Source: Candidatus Latescibacterota bacterium
Lineage (GTDB): Bacteria; Latescibacterota; UBA2968
Direction: 5' to 3'
NCBI GenBank assembly: GCA_965208125.1
Contig: OZ242320.1
Location: forward strand, 5,440,001-5,504,000
Length of the DNA: 64,000 nt
The translations under genes were made by a program, and so were the position numbers. The stretch's first letter is position 1. Every line of letters starts with the position of its first letter. The notes under the pieces were generated by a model. That model was not told where the DNA came from. It saw nothing but the letters and a program-made list of their open reading frames with translations, and searched no databases. Positions 8,612 through 18,395 of the stretch are shown piece by piece.

Positions 8612-11600
8612 TCAGTGGCTTAGAGTGCGGATGACCCGGCCTTGCTGGTCAACCATGTAAACCGGCCCCTGCAAAGAGCCGCCGCACATCCAGTCATAGG
8701 GAAATGCTACGATCTTAGTGGCTGAAGTCATAGGCAGGGTATATGGATCAGCCTGGCTGACATCGACGACATAGCCCATGTCGGCCAATGCTTGAATCGT
8801 AATCGCGCTCACCCTTCTATCCCTACCGCCCCCCATAATTTCGCCACTTAGTATAGGGGCCCTCCAGTGCGCCCCATCCGGCTCAACCGGAACCTTTGCA
8901 CCCGTGTAGTTCCGTCCGCCCGCCGCGTCAAACGCGGCAATCGCCAATGGGCCATTGAAGTGCAGGTCGTTGGAGGGTCTTTGGACAAAGTTGCTCCACT
9001 GTGTCCCAATTCCCAGCACATGCGCCATTTCATGGAGGGTTAGGGCTATGAGAGGCATCGGGTCGAGAGGTATCGGATCAAGGGGGAAATGGTCGATATA
9101 AGCCGTGCTGGGCTTATCAACCCACCCCCGATCAAATTGTATACATCCGACGACTGGCAGAACAGCCCCAACGTCATTGAACCGAATCATTAATGGACCA
9201 CCCAACGCGGCGGGTTTAAGTTCTTCTTTTACACCCGCCACATAGAACTCCACGACATTTAGGAGTTGGATATTCATATAGATTCGCAGGTCGTCAATAC
9301 GCTCCCCAATACGAGGCACGGCTGTAAGATCGCCGCAATCCAACCGAGAGAGTTGTGAAAATGTATAGTCCGGGATATCTTCTCTAATAATCGACATCCA
9401 TCGGTCGGTAGCATATTGTATCTGTTGCTTTTGAAATTCATTGAAGGGCGTCTTGTCGCGGTCCCTCTCGCTGAGAAAAACCAGATCGATGTCGTAGTCG
9501 CTCTCTGATATCGGATGATCGTAAAGCGTTACAGCATCGCGCCTAAGAGCCGAAAAAGAAGCGTCAATGGAAGAAGGGCTGATGGCGTTACCCCGGATAT
9601 CCATACTTTTCAAGCTACGCAATCCCCCCAAGGGGGAGATATCCGTTAAATTGTTGAGGCCAAGCCATAGATATTCCAAACGGGTCAAGTAGCCCAATTC
9701 AGGGGGAATCGGACCACTTAACTGGTTAGCACTAAGGTCCAGAAGCTTCAAGCTATACAAGTTTCCCAATTCGGATGGGATAGAACCACTGAGCTGGTTA
9801 TAGACAAGCCACAGATATTCCAAACTGGTCAGGTTGCCCAATTCATGTGGAAGTGTGCCACTTAACTGGTTATCGTGGAGGTCCAGCCTTGTCAATTTAG
9901 TCAGATTACCCAATTCGGGGGGGATCGGACCACTGAGCTGGTTAGCCCCAAGGTCCAACCATGTCAAGTTGGTCAGTTTACCTAATTCAGAAGGGATAGA
10001 ACCGCTTAACTGGTTAGCCCCAAGGTCCAGCCATTCTAAGTTGGTCAGTTTACCCAATTCGGGGGGGATAGAACCGCTTAACTGGTTATGGTGGAGTTCC
10101 AACCATACCAAGTTGGTCAGGTTGCCTAATTCGGGCGGGATTGAACCACTGAGTTGCTTGCCTATGCGTAGCGATACCAGTTCGGTCAAGTTGCCCAATT
10201 CGGGCGGGATTGAACCACTAAACGGGATATCGTTGAGGTGCAATGAGGTCACCCGTCCGTTGGCATCCGCCCTTACTCCGGTCCAATCTTTCAGTGGCTT
10301 GTCGGTAAGCCAGTTATTGATGTTCTCCCATTTGTCGCCTTCCATCGCCTCGTACACCGCCACTAGCGCGGCTCTGTCTGTGGCCGCGTCCCCTTCACCG
10401 CAGAAAGGCAGGCCGAGGGCAAAGCTATTATCAGTATCCACATTCCGCATGCCTTCGGGTACGCACCCGCTGAGCTGGTTACCGAAGAGTTCCAAGCGTG
10501 TCAGGTTAGATAGGTTGCCCAACGCTTCGGGGATCGTACCACTTAGCTGGTTAGCGGAGAGGCCCAGGCCTTCTAGTTTGGACAGGTTGCCCAATTCGGG
10601 TGGAATCGGACTACTGAGCTGGTTCTGGCTGAGGTACAGATGTGTCAGGTTAGACAGGTTGCCCAACGCTTCGGGGATCGGCCCCGTAAGCTGGTTCCTG
10701 CGCAAATCCAAATAGGTTAGATCTGTGAGAAGTCCCAGGCTATCGGGAAGAGATCCCGTTAGCTGGTTCTCCGACAAATGCAAGCTATCCACGCGCCCTT
10801 GTGCATTGGTTGAGACGCCATACCACTCGTTAAGGAGGTTGTCGGAAACCCAGTTTGTATTATTCTCCCAGTTCTCCCCATCTGTGGCATTGTACAGTGC
10901 GATGAGTACAAACCGATCATCACTCAGGTCAGTATTGGCTTTATCCGGGTACGCATAGATCTTCGGTGGCGAATCATTCGTCACATAGAATCGGCCATCG
11001 GCATAGGTGATACCACTCGAATTACGGTTGTAGCTAGCCAGATGGAATTCTAAATCCGAAACACGCTTCCCGGAATTATTGTACACATAGACCTTATTAC
11101 TGCTGCGACTAAGCAAATAGAATAGGCCCTTGTGATAGGCGATGCTAACAACATCCTCGGTGCCTTCATCTAACGGGAAGTTTAAATTCCACCGGGATTC
11201 CTCATATTCATAATAACGGACAGAACCGACCCGCTTCGTTTCTATACTGTCATAATTAACCACATAGAATTGGCCGTTGGCATAGGTGATACCAGTCGGA
11301 TCAGGGAATATCGATGAATCCAATTGACGATATAAACGAGGCTTCCCATAGTTCCTGGAATTATCATCAATATCGCACACCCAGATCTTATCCTTTTGAA
11401 GTACATAGAGTTGGTCGTCGTCATAAGTCACATCTCTTATAAGATTGTGGTATTCATATCCTGTCTGTTCCTGATAGACCATATAGAAATCATCACCCAG
11501 ATCGAAGTCATCCTCCTCAACCCAAACAAGAGAATCCTCCTTTATCTTCTTCCAGCGGGACTTATAGACTTTCTGTTCCGCGCCACCACTATCAACATAT

Positions 11601-14380
11601 CCACCAACCACATAGAAGAATCCATAGTCGTCGGCATAGGTGATACCAAACGGAGCCCATTTGATGTTTTGCTCCATCTCGAAAGTTATGGGCGCATCCT
11701 CACTAAGAATCTGCACAGATACGTCGTCCGAGCAATTCTTGTATGTGTCCCACTCCGACTCGCGGCTGACCTTCTCAGCACACGCGCTGTAATAGTACAT
11801 TTCGTTATTCCAAGCCTCTGCTGGTGCAGTCAATTCGATTGACGATACAATTCTGTCACCCTCATTGAGCCTGTCTATTTCAATCGTTTTGACTAGCTCC
11901 GGGTCTGGGACCTGCCACTTTTGCCTATAATCCAGCGAGTAGATTGAACGATAATAGTGTAGCTTGATCGCGTTCGCTTGCGTGTCCCCCCGATTCTCCA
12001 CTTTCACAGACAGGGTGAAGGATTCTCCCGCATCCAATTTGCCCTTACTGACTACAAGCGAGTCCACTTTCACATCTGGAGGGCCGTACTCATAGATATC
12101 ACTACTTTTATAATTAGTCACATAGACGAAGTTGGGGTAGGTGATACCCGTCGGATCATCGTTAGCGTCATCCAGATAGAACTCTGAACTTTTATCACGC
12201 ACTCCCGTAATTGTGTACGCATAGACCTTCTTATCCTCGTTATCAACGATATATAATCGGTTGTCGGCATACGTGATACCCCACGGATCCTGGTTGTCTT
12301 TATCCAGACTGAAGGATTTACCGGAACCACCTGGAGAGAAATCGTACACATAGACCTTCTTATCCTCGTTATCTACCACATAAAATAGGCCTTCGGCATA
12401 GACGATACCACCTGTCGGATCACTGTTTTCTTGATCCAGCCCATAAACTCGGGCCTGCTTCCAGTCTTCCCCAGTCTTCGAATATTGATACATGACCGGA
12501 GAAGGATTCTCAGCACTCCCATCTGCCCCAACCACATATAAGTCCTTGGTATTGGGATGAGAGGTGATACCCAGCGGTTGTTGGATGCGTTTATTTTGCG
12601 GCAGACTGGTCAGATTCTCAACAGCTTCCAGGTCGAAAAGCTCTCTATACTCCCAGAAATTGTTCTTCGTCGCCTCATAGACTTTGCCACCACCCTTCAC
12701 ATCACGATGAAGCACATAGAACACATAGCGTTTGATGTTCTCATCATAAACATGAGTGATACCCATAAAATTAGCTTCAAATGTTGGGGTTTGTGCGAGA
12801 ATTATATCTAACAATGTAAAATCCCATGATTTTTCAAGCGTACTAATTGTTATGCCAAAGAATTTCGCAAAGGGGCCGTGGACAGTCGCCTTTCCATAAA
12901 TCCCCATGCGAATCGCCCAACCAATAGCCTCCGAGTCTCCAATCCTGTCGGTAGTATTAAAGTTTAAGGAGGGACCTAAACTAAAAATGACACCGGCTCC
13001 CCCCGTCTCTGCTACCTCGAAATCTTTTCCCAAATAGATATGGAGTTTCCCAGACATATGGGCGCGGAGTTTTGCATAATCCGTTAGGTCGCCTATCTCA
13101 TGCGTGATCCCTTCCCCCTGCTCATTCACATAATTGTAGGGGTTAAATTCGCCGTCCTCGTATTTTACGCCAATAGTGCTACTCCTATTTATATCAACCT
13201 CCACCTTGACATTTCCTTTTGCACCTATGGAACCCTCCACACCCAAAACGATGGAAGGCTTTATCACAAGAGTCTGCGTGACCTGACTCCCAAACTGCAC
13301 GACGTTCTCTAAAGTCTGGGACAATCGTCCTAGTTTTTCCGTCACATCTATTTCTTTTTTTACCTTTAACTCTCCCCTCGCATTCATATTCGTATTCATC
13401 TCGGCATTGAGATGGATCCCGGCCTCTAACTTGAGATATTGTATATCCCCGTCAGAAATATTGAGATCGAAATCGATAGTGGGGTCAAGGGAGATATTGG
13501 AAACGCTTGCACAAACCTCGTTCTTATCCGTACACACACCCGCGCTACTGCTGCCGCTGGCCAAGGCCAGCTTTGTCGCGGGAAACCTGAAGGTTTGGCG
13601 TATGTGCGCCTCTTCGACAACATCGGTGAGGGTAGCGTCTTCGGTTTCGACAACCACCTCGCCTGTACTCTGGCTCACCACATGCGTCACCTTTTTTAAG
13701 AAATACGGCTCAACCGTATTGACCAGCACTTCGCCCACCTGCACCTGGGGCGCACCCGTCTGAGCCGTAAAGACCATCTGATCACCTGTCGTCTCTTTGT
13801 ACGTAAACGCTGCATCAGCACCACCCACAAACACCGCGGCCTCTGAGATGGTTACAACGTCAACGGCAACCGTATCCGGCCGGCTGGACGCATCCCCATC
13901 ATGGACGACCAGTTCAAAGGTATAATGCCCAGCTTCGCGGGTGCGAAATGTGGGACGGGCAATATTCGCATCGGATAGGGTAATGGATGGCCCTTCTATT
14001 TGTCGCCAGGCAAAGGTCAGTGGTTGACCTTCGGGGTCGCGACTATTTGCTCCGTTTAACGTGACCAGGTCGCCTGTGTCAACGCTCTGGTATTCACCCG
14101 CATGTGCCACGGGAGGGCTACTGGGCACACGTTGCCCAAAGACCCCGACAAATGAGATGAAATCCGCAAAATTCACCTCGCCATTGCCGTCCAAATCGTA
14201 TTTTGCCTCGTACTCATCATCGCCATGACGGGTATTGAACTTCTCTGTAAACAACAAGAAATCATTAAACTCAACCTCGCCATCGCCATTAAAGTCCGCC
14301 TGTGCCGCGGTTAGAGTTTGTGACCACGCCGGTCCCACCAGCGTGAGCATGACAGTCACAGTAAGAAGCAGGCGATACAT
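8612..14380 (-). CDS. Giant secreted mosaic protein: EF-hand/dockerin-like, PKD, beta-propellers, CARDB, plant-type LRRs, C-terminal leishmanolysin-like Zn metalloprotease
   Basis: Signal peptide; ADFNGDGEVEFNDF and YDLDGNGEVNFADF; PVAHAG...VTLNGANSRDPEG; repeated PxGITYA blades; LSVKVENRGD; 24-aa NQLSGxIPPELGNLTxL repeats; HEMAHVLG...AHWR...GEIM. Confidence 0.88.
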   Translation of the reverse strand: MYRLLLTVTVMLTLVGPAWSQTLTAAQADFNGDGEVEFNDFLLFTEKFNTRHGDDEYEAKYDLDGNGEVNFADFISFVGVFGQRVPSSPPVAHAGEYQSVDTGDLVTLNGANSRDPEGQPLTFAWRQIEGPSITLSDANIARPTFRTREAGHYTFELVVHDGDASSRPDTVAVDVVTISEAAVFVGGADAAFTYKETTGDQMVFTAQTGAPQVQVGEVLVNTVEPYFLKKVTHVVSQSTGEVVVETEDATLTDVVEEAHIRQTFRFPATKLALASGSSSAGVCTDKNEVCASVSNISLDPTIDFDLNISDGDIQYLKLEAGIHLNAEMNTNMNARGELKVKKEIDVTEKLGRLSQTLENVVQFGSQVTQTLVIKPSIVLGVEGSIGAKGNVKVEVDINRSSTIGVKYEDGEFNPYNYVNEQGEGITHEIGDLTDYAKLRAHMSGKLHIYLGKDFEVAETGGAGVIFSLGPSLNFNTTDRIGDSEAIGWAIRMGIYGKATVHGPFAKFFGITISTLEKSWDFTLLDIILAQTPTFEANFMGITHVYDENIKRYVFYVLHRDVKGGGKVYEATKNNFWEYRELFDLEAVENLTSLPQNKRIQQPLGITSHPNTKDLYVVGADGSAENPSPVMYQYSKTGEDWKQARVYGLDQENSDPTGGIVYAEGLFYVVDNEDKKVYVYDFSPGGSGKSFSLDKDNQDPWGITYADNRLYIVDNEDKKVYAYTITGVRDKSSEFYLDDANDDPTGITYPNFVYVTNYKSSDIYEYGPPDVKVDSLVVSKGKLDAGESFTLSVKVENRGDTQANAIKLHYYRSIYSLDYRQKWQVPDPELVKTIEIDRLNEGDRIVSSIELTAPAEAWNNEMYYYSACAEKVSRESEWDTYKNCSDDVSVQILSEDAPITFEMEQNIKWAPFGITYADDYGFFYVVGGYVDSGGAEQKVYKSRWKKIKEDSLVWVEEDDFDLGDDFYMVYQEQTGYEYHNLIRDVTYDDDQLYVLQKDKIWVCDIDDNSRNYGKPRLYRQLDSSIFPDPTGITYANGQFYVVNYDSIETKRVGSVRYYEYEESRWNLNFPLDEGTEDVVSIAYHKGLFYLLSRSSNKVYVYNNSGKRVSDLEFHLASYNRNSSGITYADGRFYVTNDSPPKIYAYPDKANTDLSDDRFVLIALYNATDGENWENNTNWVSDNLLNEWYGVSTNAQGRVDSLHLSENQLTGSLPDSLGLLTDLTYLDLRRNQLTGPIPEALGNLSNLTHLYLSQNQLSSPIPPELGNLSKLEGLGLSANQLSGTIPEALGNLSNLTRLELFGNQLSGCVPEGMRNVDTDNSFALGLPFCGEGDAATDRAALVAVYEAMEGDKWENINNWLTDKPLKDWTGVRADANGRVTSLHLNDIPFSGSIPPELGNLTELVSLRIGKQLSGSIPPELGNLTNLVWLELHHNQLSGSIPPELGKLTNLEWLDLGANQLSGSIPSELGKLTNLTWLDLGANQLSGPIPPELGNLTKLTRLDLHDNQLSGTLPHELGNLTSLEYLWLVYNQLSGSIPSELGNLYSLKLLDLSANQLSGPIPPELGYLTRLEYLWLGLNNLTDISPLGGLRSLKSMDIRGNAISPSSIDASFSALRRDAVTLYDHPISESDYDIDLVFLSERDRDKTPFNEFQKQQIQYATDRWMSIIREDIPDYTFSQLSRLDCGDLTAVPRIGERIDDLRIYMNIQLLNVVEFYVAGVKEELKPAALGGPLMIRFNDVGAVLPVVGCIQFDRGWVDKPSTAYIDHFPLDPIPLDPMPLIALTLHEMAHVLGIGTQWSNFVQRPSNDLHFNGPLAIAAFDAAGGRNYTGAKVPVEPDGAHWRAPILSGEIMGGGRDRRVSAITIQALADMGYVVDVSQADPYTLPMTSATKIVAFPYDWMCGGSLQGPVYMVDQQGRVIRTLSH
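9600..10790 (-). repeat. Coding tandem repeats (~72 nt) of plant-type LRR units, in two capped blocks
   Basis: Recurrent AACCAG(T/C)T(A/C)AG(T/C)GGT...ATCCC...GAATTGGGCAAC units; each block preceded by a D-R-x-x-L-x-A-x-Y LRR N-cap. Confidence 0.85.
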
Positions 14381-14410
14381 AACAGCCTCCGTGACGAATG
14401 ACCTGAATAG

Positions 14411-14915
14411 TTACCTGAAATTAATGCTATTTCCTGATTTCTGGATTGTCGTGATTAAATCTGTTTGTTCACGCCGACTCAGAGTACCCGTAAATTGTCG
14501 CGATGTCCCCAGCGCGTTAATTGTCACGATATAACCAGACGGCGTTGCGTCAGAATAATGGTCAACTTCGACGCGATAAGAACCATCAGGCGCATTCTCC
14601 CAGAATATATTCTCAGGCCCATAGCCATTTATATCATCTCGATCTAAACTACCACCTGTATCAGAGTGTTGACCCACCAGATGCGCGTATTTGAAGGATC
14701 TGTTACCCAGAGGTCAACATCCGCCGTATTATCCCAGGACAACGATATCTGGAGTATGCCACTGCCAAGCTCTAAAACATCAATGCACGTTTCCAGCGTA
14801 TTGCTGATTTCTCCCCGGTTATCTGCAATATTAACACTCGTACAGAACCGACCGGCAGAAACATTTGTTGGAAGGCCAACAGGTATAGAAAGCGTACCGC
14901 TGGCAGATAAATGCC
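14411..14915 (-). pseudogene. YfaP/DUF2135-like protein fragment, 5'-truncated and frameshifted
   Basis: One frame reads GSGILQISLSWDNTADVDLWVTDPSNTRIWW, then shifts near 14668 to SDTGGSLDRDDINGYGPENIFW; an in-frame stop lies upstream and there is no start codon. Confidence 0.75.
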
Positions 14916-14964
14916 TCTGGCTCGCATGTCTTTGTCAAGTCACGAAATGTGACAGTTTTTTCCT

Positions 14965-15515
14965 TTAGAATTGGAGGCGCATCCCTAACATAGTGCGTGA
15001 TTCTCCGGTGACAGAAGCCCAGCTAACCCATGGGCTAACCTTCAGGCGCGAACTTACAGATGGGATAGGGATACTTTCCCACTGTTCTGTCTTTATAAAA
15101 TAACCTATGGCTCCCCCTATTAAGCCTAACCCTCCGCCCCAAATAATAGTACCTGTAAGAGCTACCGTAAATCCAAAACCAGTAGCCCCCCCCAAGTTAA
15201 GCCGCTAAGGACCCCAAGAGCGGTGCCGGTACCAGCTCCTATCAAAAACCCTGTTTTCATGCGATTCTTTACCCCAAAACTTCGTTCCAGTACCAGAATA
15301 TCGCCAAAAGGAACGGGGCGGAGTCCGCCGCCTGACAGAATAAGGTCGAAACTGTTTTCACTGGTCGATCTAACGGTTCCGGTTATTATGATACCACTTA
15401 TGATTTTCACGCGAAGACGCTCTCCTACGGATTGCCCGAAAATGGGGGCGGGATGATACAAGACCGCCAGGACCAGGACGCTCAAAAGAATGATGAATCG
15501 CTGCAAGTAGTTCAT
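14965..15515 (-). pseudogene. Exported/membrane glycine-rich protein interrupted by a frameshift in a G8 tract
   Basis: ORF 15162-15515 (signal peptide, GFLIGAGTGTALG) continues in ORF 14965-15195 (GLGLIGGAIGYFIKTEQWESIP...GMRLQF) if the C8 run at 15186-15193 is C9. Confidence 0.7.
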
Positions 15516-16166
15516 GATATACCCCTCTAAAAAAGGTGAGAATAGGCAGAAATTTTACCCCTACTTTCAAAAGCAATTTTTCGACCTGCAAAAGCCTGTC
15601 TCCTCAGAGCACGGGCAGGCGTGATAAGTTTTAAGCCTCCTCCTCCTTTCTCGTTACATCCCTCAAATGGAAATCCAACTTGATTTTTTGGTCGTGGCTT
15701 TTTACATTGTGAAACAGAGCGGGTTACGGCTGCCAAACCGTTCCCTTCTCTGTATGTATTTTGCGGCGGGAGGGCCACAGGTCTGCTAACCAATATAGGC
15801 CCTCCGCCGCTCACACAGACGCAATCAATAGACGCCTGCGTTTATTCTTGTTATTAAGTGAGATATAGCTTCGACAGACTCACTGTCGAAGCGGTTTATT
15901 TCCCACCGCCGATCTCCCTTATCAGGCTGAATCTATTCAGGCTTACCCCAAATCTTTCGCGATGTCAAGAGATATTAAAACATCGTGCAATTTAATATTG
16001 ATGTTACGCGATACTCAAGTGCTGATACATACGTTTGTGTCAACTTACAAAAAATTTCTCCTTGTAAAGTCAATTTCTGCACAACCGCGTAACATCAGTT
16101 TAATCTTAAAAAATATGATAATTCCATTTTGGATAAAGTCAAGAATTTTTTACCTATCGGTTAAAT

Positions 16167-16565
16167 ATGTCCATAGCTAAACGCATCGCATTATTACGTG
16201 GGCAAAAAACCCTTACGCAATTTGCAAGAGAACACCAGACAACCCCGCAAAATATCCATCGATATGAAAAAGGGAGAACTCCTTCTGCTAATTTTTTGAC
16301 CTCTCTGGCATCTAAAGGCATCAATATCAACTGGGTATTGACCGGTGAAGGAGCCATTTACGTCAAAAAACAGAAGGTCAGTAGTATCGCTCTCCTGGCG
16401 TCAGAATTGGAGCACTTGCCAGAAGAATTTAGAGAAGCACTGCGGGTAACCGTTCGGGAAGCAGGCCAGCCGCCCCCTCCAGGCCGCAAACTACATCTGA
16501 CTGTTTGGTGTCACAAGGTATTGCGAAAAGCCCAGGATGAAATTGACCGTTTGTTTGGTACGTGA
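16167..16565 (+). CDS. XRE-family HTH transcriptional regulator (phage CI-like N-terminus)
   Basis: IAKRIALLRGQKTLTQFAREHQTTPQNIHRYEKGRTPSANFL...ININWVLTGEG. Confidence 0.88.
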   Translation: MSIAKRIALLRGQKTLTQFAREHQTTPQNIHRYEKGRTPSANFLTSLASKGININWVLTGEGAIYVKKQKVSSIALLASELEHLPEEFREALRVTVREAGQPPPPGRKLHLTVWCHKVLRKAQDEIDRLFGT

Positions 16566-16679
16566 AAGTTGTAATCAAGCATCACACCTGACTTGCCCAC
16601 CCCTCCGATTCTGAATTTTCTCTTTATTTGGAGATCATACAGCCAGAACAGATGCCTGCGGGTATGAGAAGTATCCTGA

Positions 16680-18395
16680 CTAAAAGAGTATATCGAGCAT
16701 CAACCACACATTCAATTGGCGCTCTGTTTTTTTCTTTTCCGCCTCCTGGTGGATATTCCGGCTTGACAATAGGTATGGGATGTGGCCTTTCTCCAACCTC
16801 GTTTTTTTCAAAACCCTACTTGTGTCAGCATTGCCAAATGCAGGTGGTGTGGACTGTGGCTCTCGAAACGCGATCGATTGCATCATCCACACAGGAACGG
16901 CTTTGCCCTTGTGCTTCGCTGGCTCGAACCGCCATTGGGATAGCGCGTCTATCGCGGGCTGGCGAAAGATATTCACGCCTCTCAAAACGCTCACATTACT
17001 CACCGAGCCATCCACATTGACCATGAATTTCAAAAAAACTCTGTTATTGAGACCCGCGTTTTTGGCTATCTCGGGATATACAGGATCAACATCGTGCAGG
17101 ACTTCGGGCATTGTCTCAACCATATAAAAATCGAGAACCTCACTCGCATCAGCAGATATAGACAGTGAATCTACCATAGCCGTCTGAAACATCGCCGCGT
17201 ACTTCTCACCACTATCAGCATGATCAGATGTGGGAGACAAAGGCTGTTGTTCCGGTATGCGCTCGAATTTTTCTATTTTCAGGATTGCCTCCTCTGGAAA
17301 CACAGGTATAACATCATCTACAGGAATGGCCTCTCGCCAAATTGCGGGCTTTTCCCCGAACTCATCCAATTCCATAACCTCAACACTATTCACAGACGCA
17401 GGCGTCGGTTCCCCTTTTGGGACTATTGGGGAAGGGAGCGTATAGGCTTCTCGGATCGAAAAGGGCACAATCGCCAGGCCTATGAAAATGGGAATTGCCA
17501 ACTGCGATTTGGACCGTTTTACATTGCCCTCCTCGAAATTAAGGACATGCTCCAGGCGTTTCTTGAGCGCAGTTCCACGCTTATTGAAATACAGAGCACT
17601 CGGCGCAGGGCGTCTATCGACAAAACCGAATAACAACCGCCCGTATTCAGTAGGCGTCAGATTCGTCTCGCGCAACACGGCCTCGTCACAGCGCAACTCG
17701 CGCAAAAAATTCAGCCTTCGGTTCAGCAGCCAGACCAGCGGATTGATGCAAAACAACGCCATTGCAATCCCCTGAAAAATCAGCACCCAGATATCGCGAT
17801 TATCCCGATGCGCCAACTCGTGTGCAACAACGCCGCGCAACTCCTCAGACGACCAGGACGACCAATGCGATGGCAAATACAATCTCGGTTTTACAATACC
17901 CACCAGAAGCGGAGAACGCAGACTGGCTTTGGCATAAACCTTCACATCCTGAGCCTCGTCCAGCGATTCCACCTCCCTCGCCAGATCAACCGGCACTGCC
18001 ACACTGAGCGCGCGGTGAAACGCCGCATTCTTCCACAACGTCACGCCTGCCCATACCGCAACCGAAACACCCCACAGGCAAAACAGATAAAACACCAGCG
18101 GAAGTGGTGCAACTTGCACAGGTGCAACAACCTCAACCTCAGAAACCACATCGGTATAAACCGGCACAACCGGCACAGCTTTGGATACCGTCAAAAGCTC
18201 TGGCAGCGGAATGGCATAAAAAGGCGGCACAAATACCTTCGCCAATGCCAGCAAATAGAGGACATACCGCAATCGCGTATCCAGCGTCATCCAGCGATCC
18301 ACTACCCACACCAGCAAAATGAACAGCGACACCTCGACAAAATGCACCGCATAGAGCGACCACCACGCCTCGGCCAAACGGATCAATACATCCAT
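16680..18395 (-). CDS. BlaR1/M56 metallopeptidase fused to a TonB C-terminal domain (copy 1; second TonB domain decayed)
   Basis: SPLLVGIVKPRLYLP, VVAHELAH, NPLVWLLNRRL, RELRCDE, LKKRL; TonB_C PVYPEIAKNAG...VFLKFMVNVDGSV...WRFEPAKHKGKAVPV. Confidence 0.9.
   Translation of the reverse strand: MDVLIRLAEAWWSLYAVHFVEVSLFILLVWVVDRWMTLDTRLRYVLYLLALAKVFVPPFYAIPLPELLTVSKAVPVVPVYTDVVSEVEVVAPVQVAPLPLVFYLFCLWGVSVAVWAGVTLWKNAAFHRALSVAVPVDLAREVESLDEAQDVKVYAKASLRSPLLVGIVKPRLYLPSHWSSWSSEELRGVVAHELAHRDNRDIWVLIFQGIAMALFCINPLVWLLNRRLNFLRELRCDEAVLRETNLTPTEYGRLLFGFVDRRPAPSALYFNKRGTALKKRLEHVLNFEEGNVKRSKSQLAIPIFIGLAIVPFSIREAYTLPSPIVPKGEPTPASVNSVEVMELDEFGEKPAIWREAIPVDDVIPVFPEEAILKIEKFERIPEQQPLSPTSDHADSGEKYAAMFQTAMVDSLSISADASEVLDFYMVETMPEVLHDVDPVYPEIAKNAGLNNRVFLKFMVNVDGSVSNVSVLRGVNIFRQPAIDALSQWRFEPAKHKGKAVPVWMMQSIAFREPQSTPPAFGNADTSRVLKKTRLEKGHIPYLLSSRNIHQEAEKKKTERQLNVWLMLDILF

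Noticed and set aside
9600-10790. Regularly spaced repeats resembling a CRISPR array
   Set aside because: They are degenerate in-frame 72-nt LRR codons with no unique spacers and no cas genes. The same applies to the WG (35.5-36.5 kb) and HEAT repeats.
16167-16565. Prophage suggested by the CI-like repressor
   Set aside because: No cro, integrase, replication or structural phage genes were recognised nearby.
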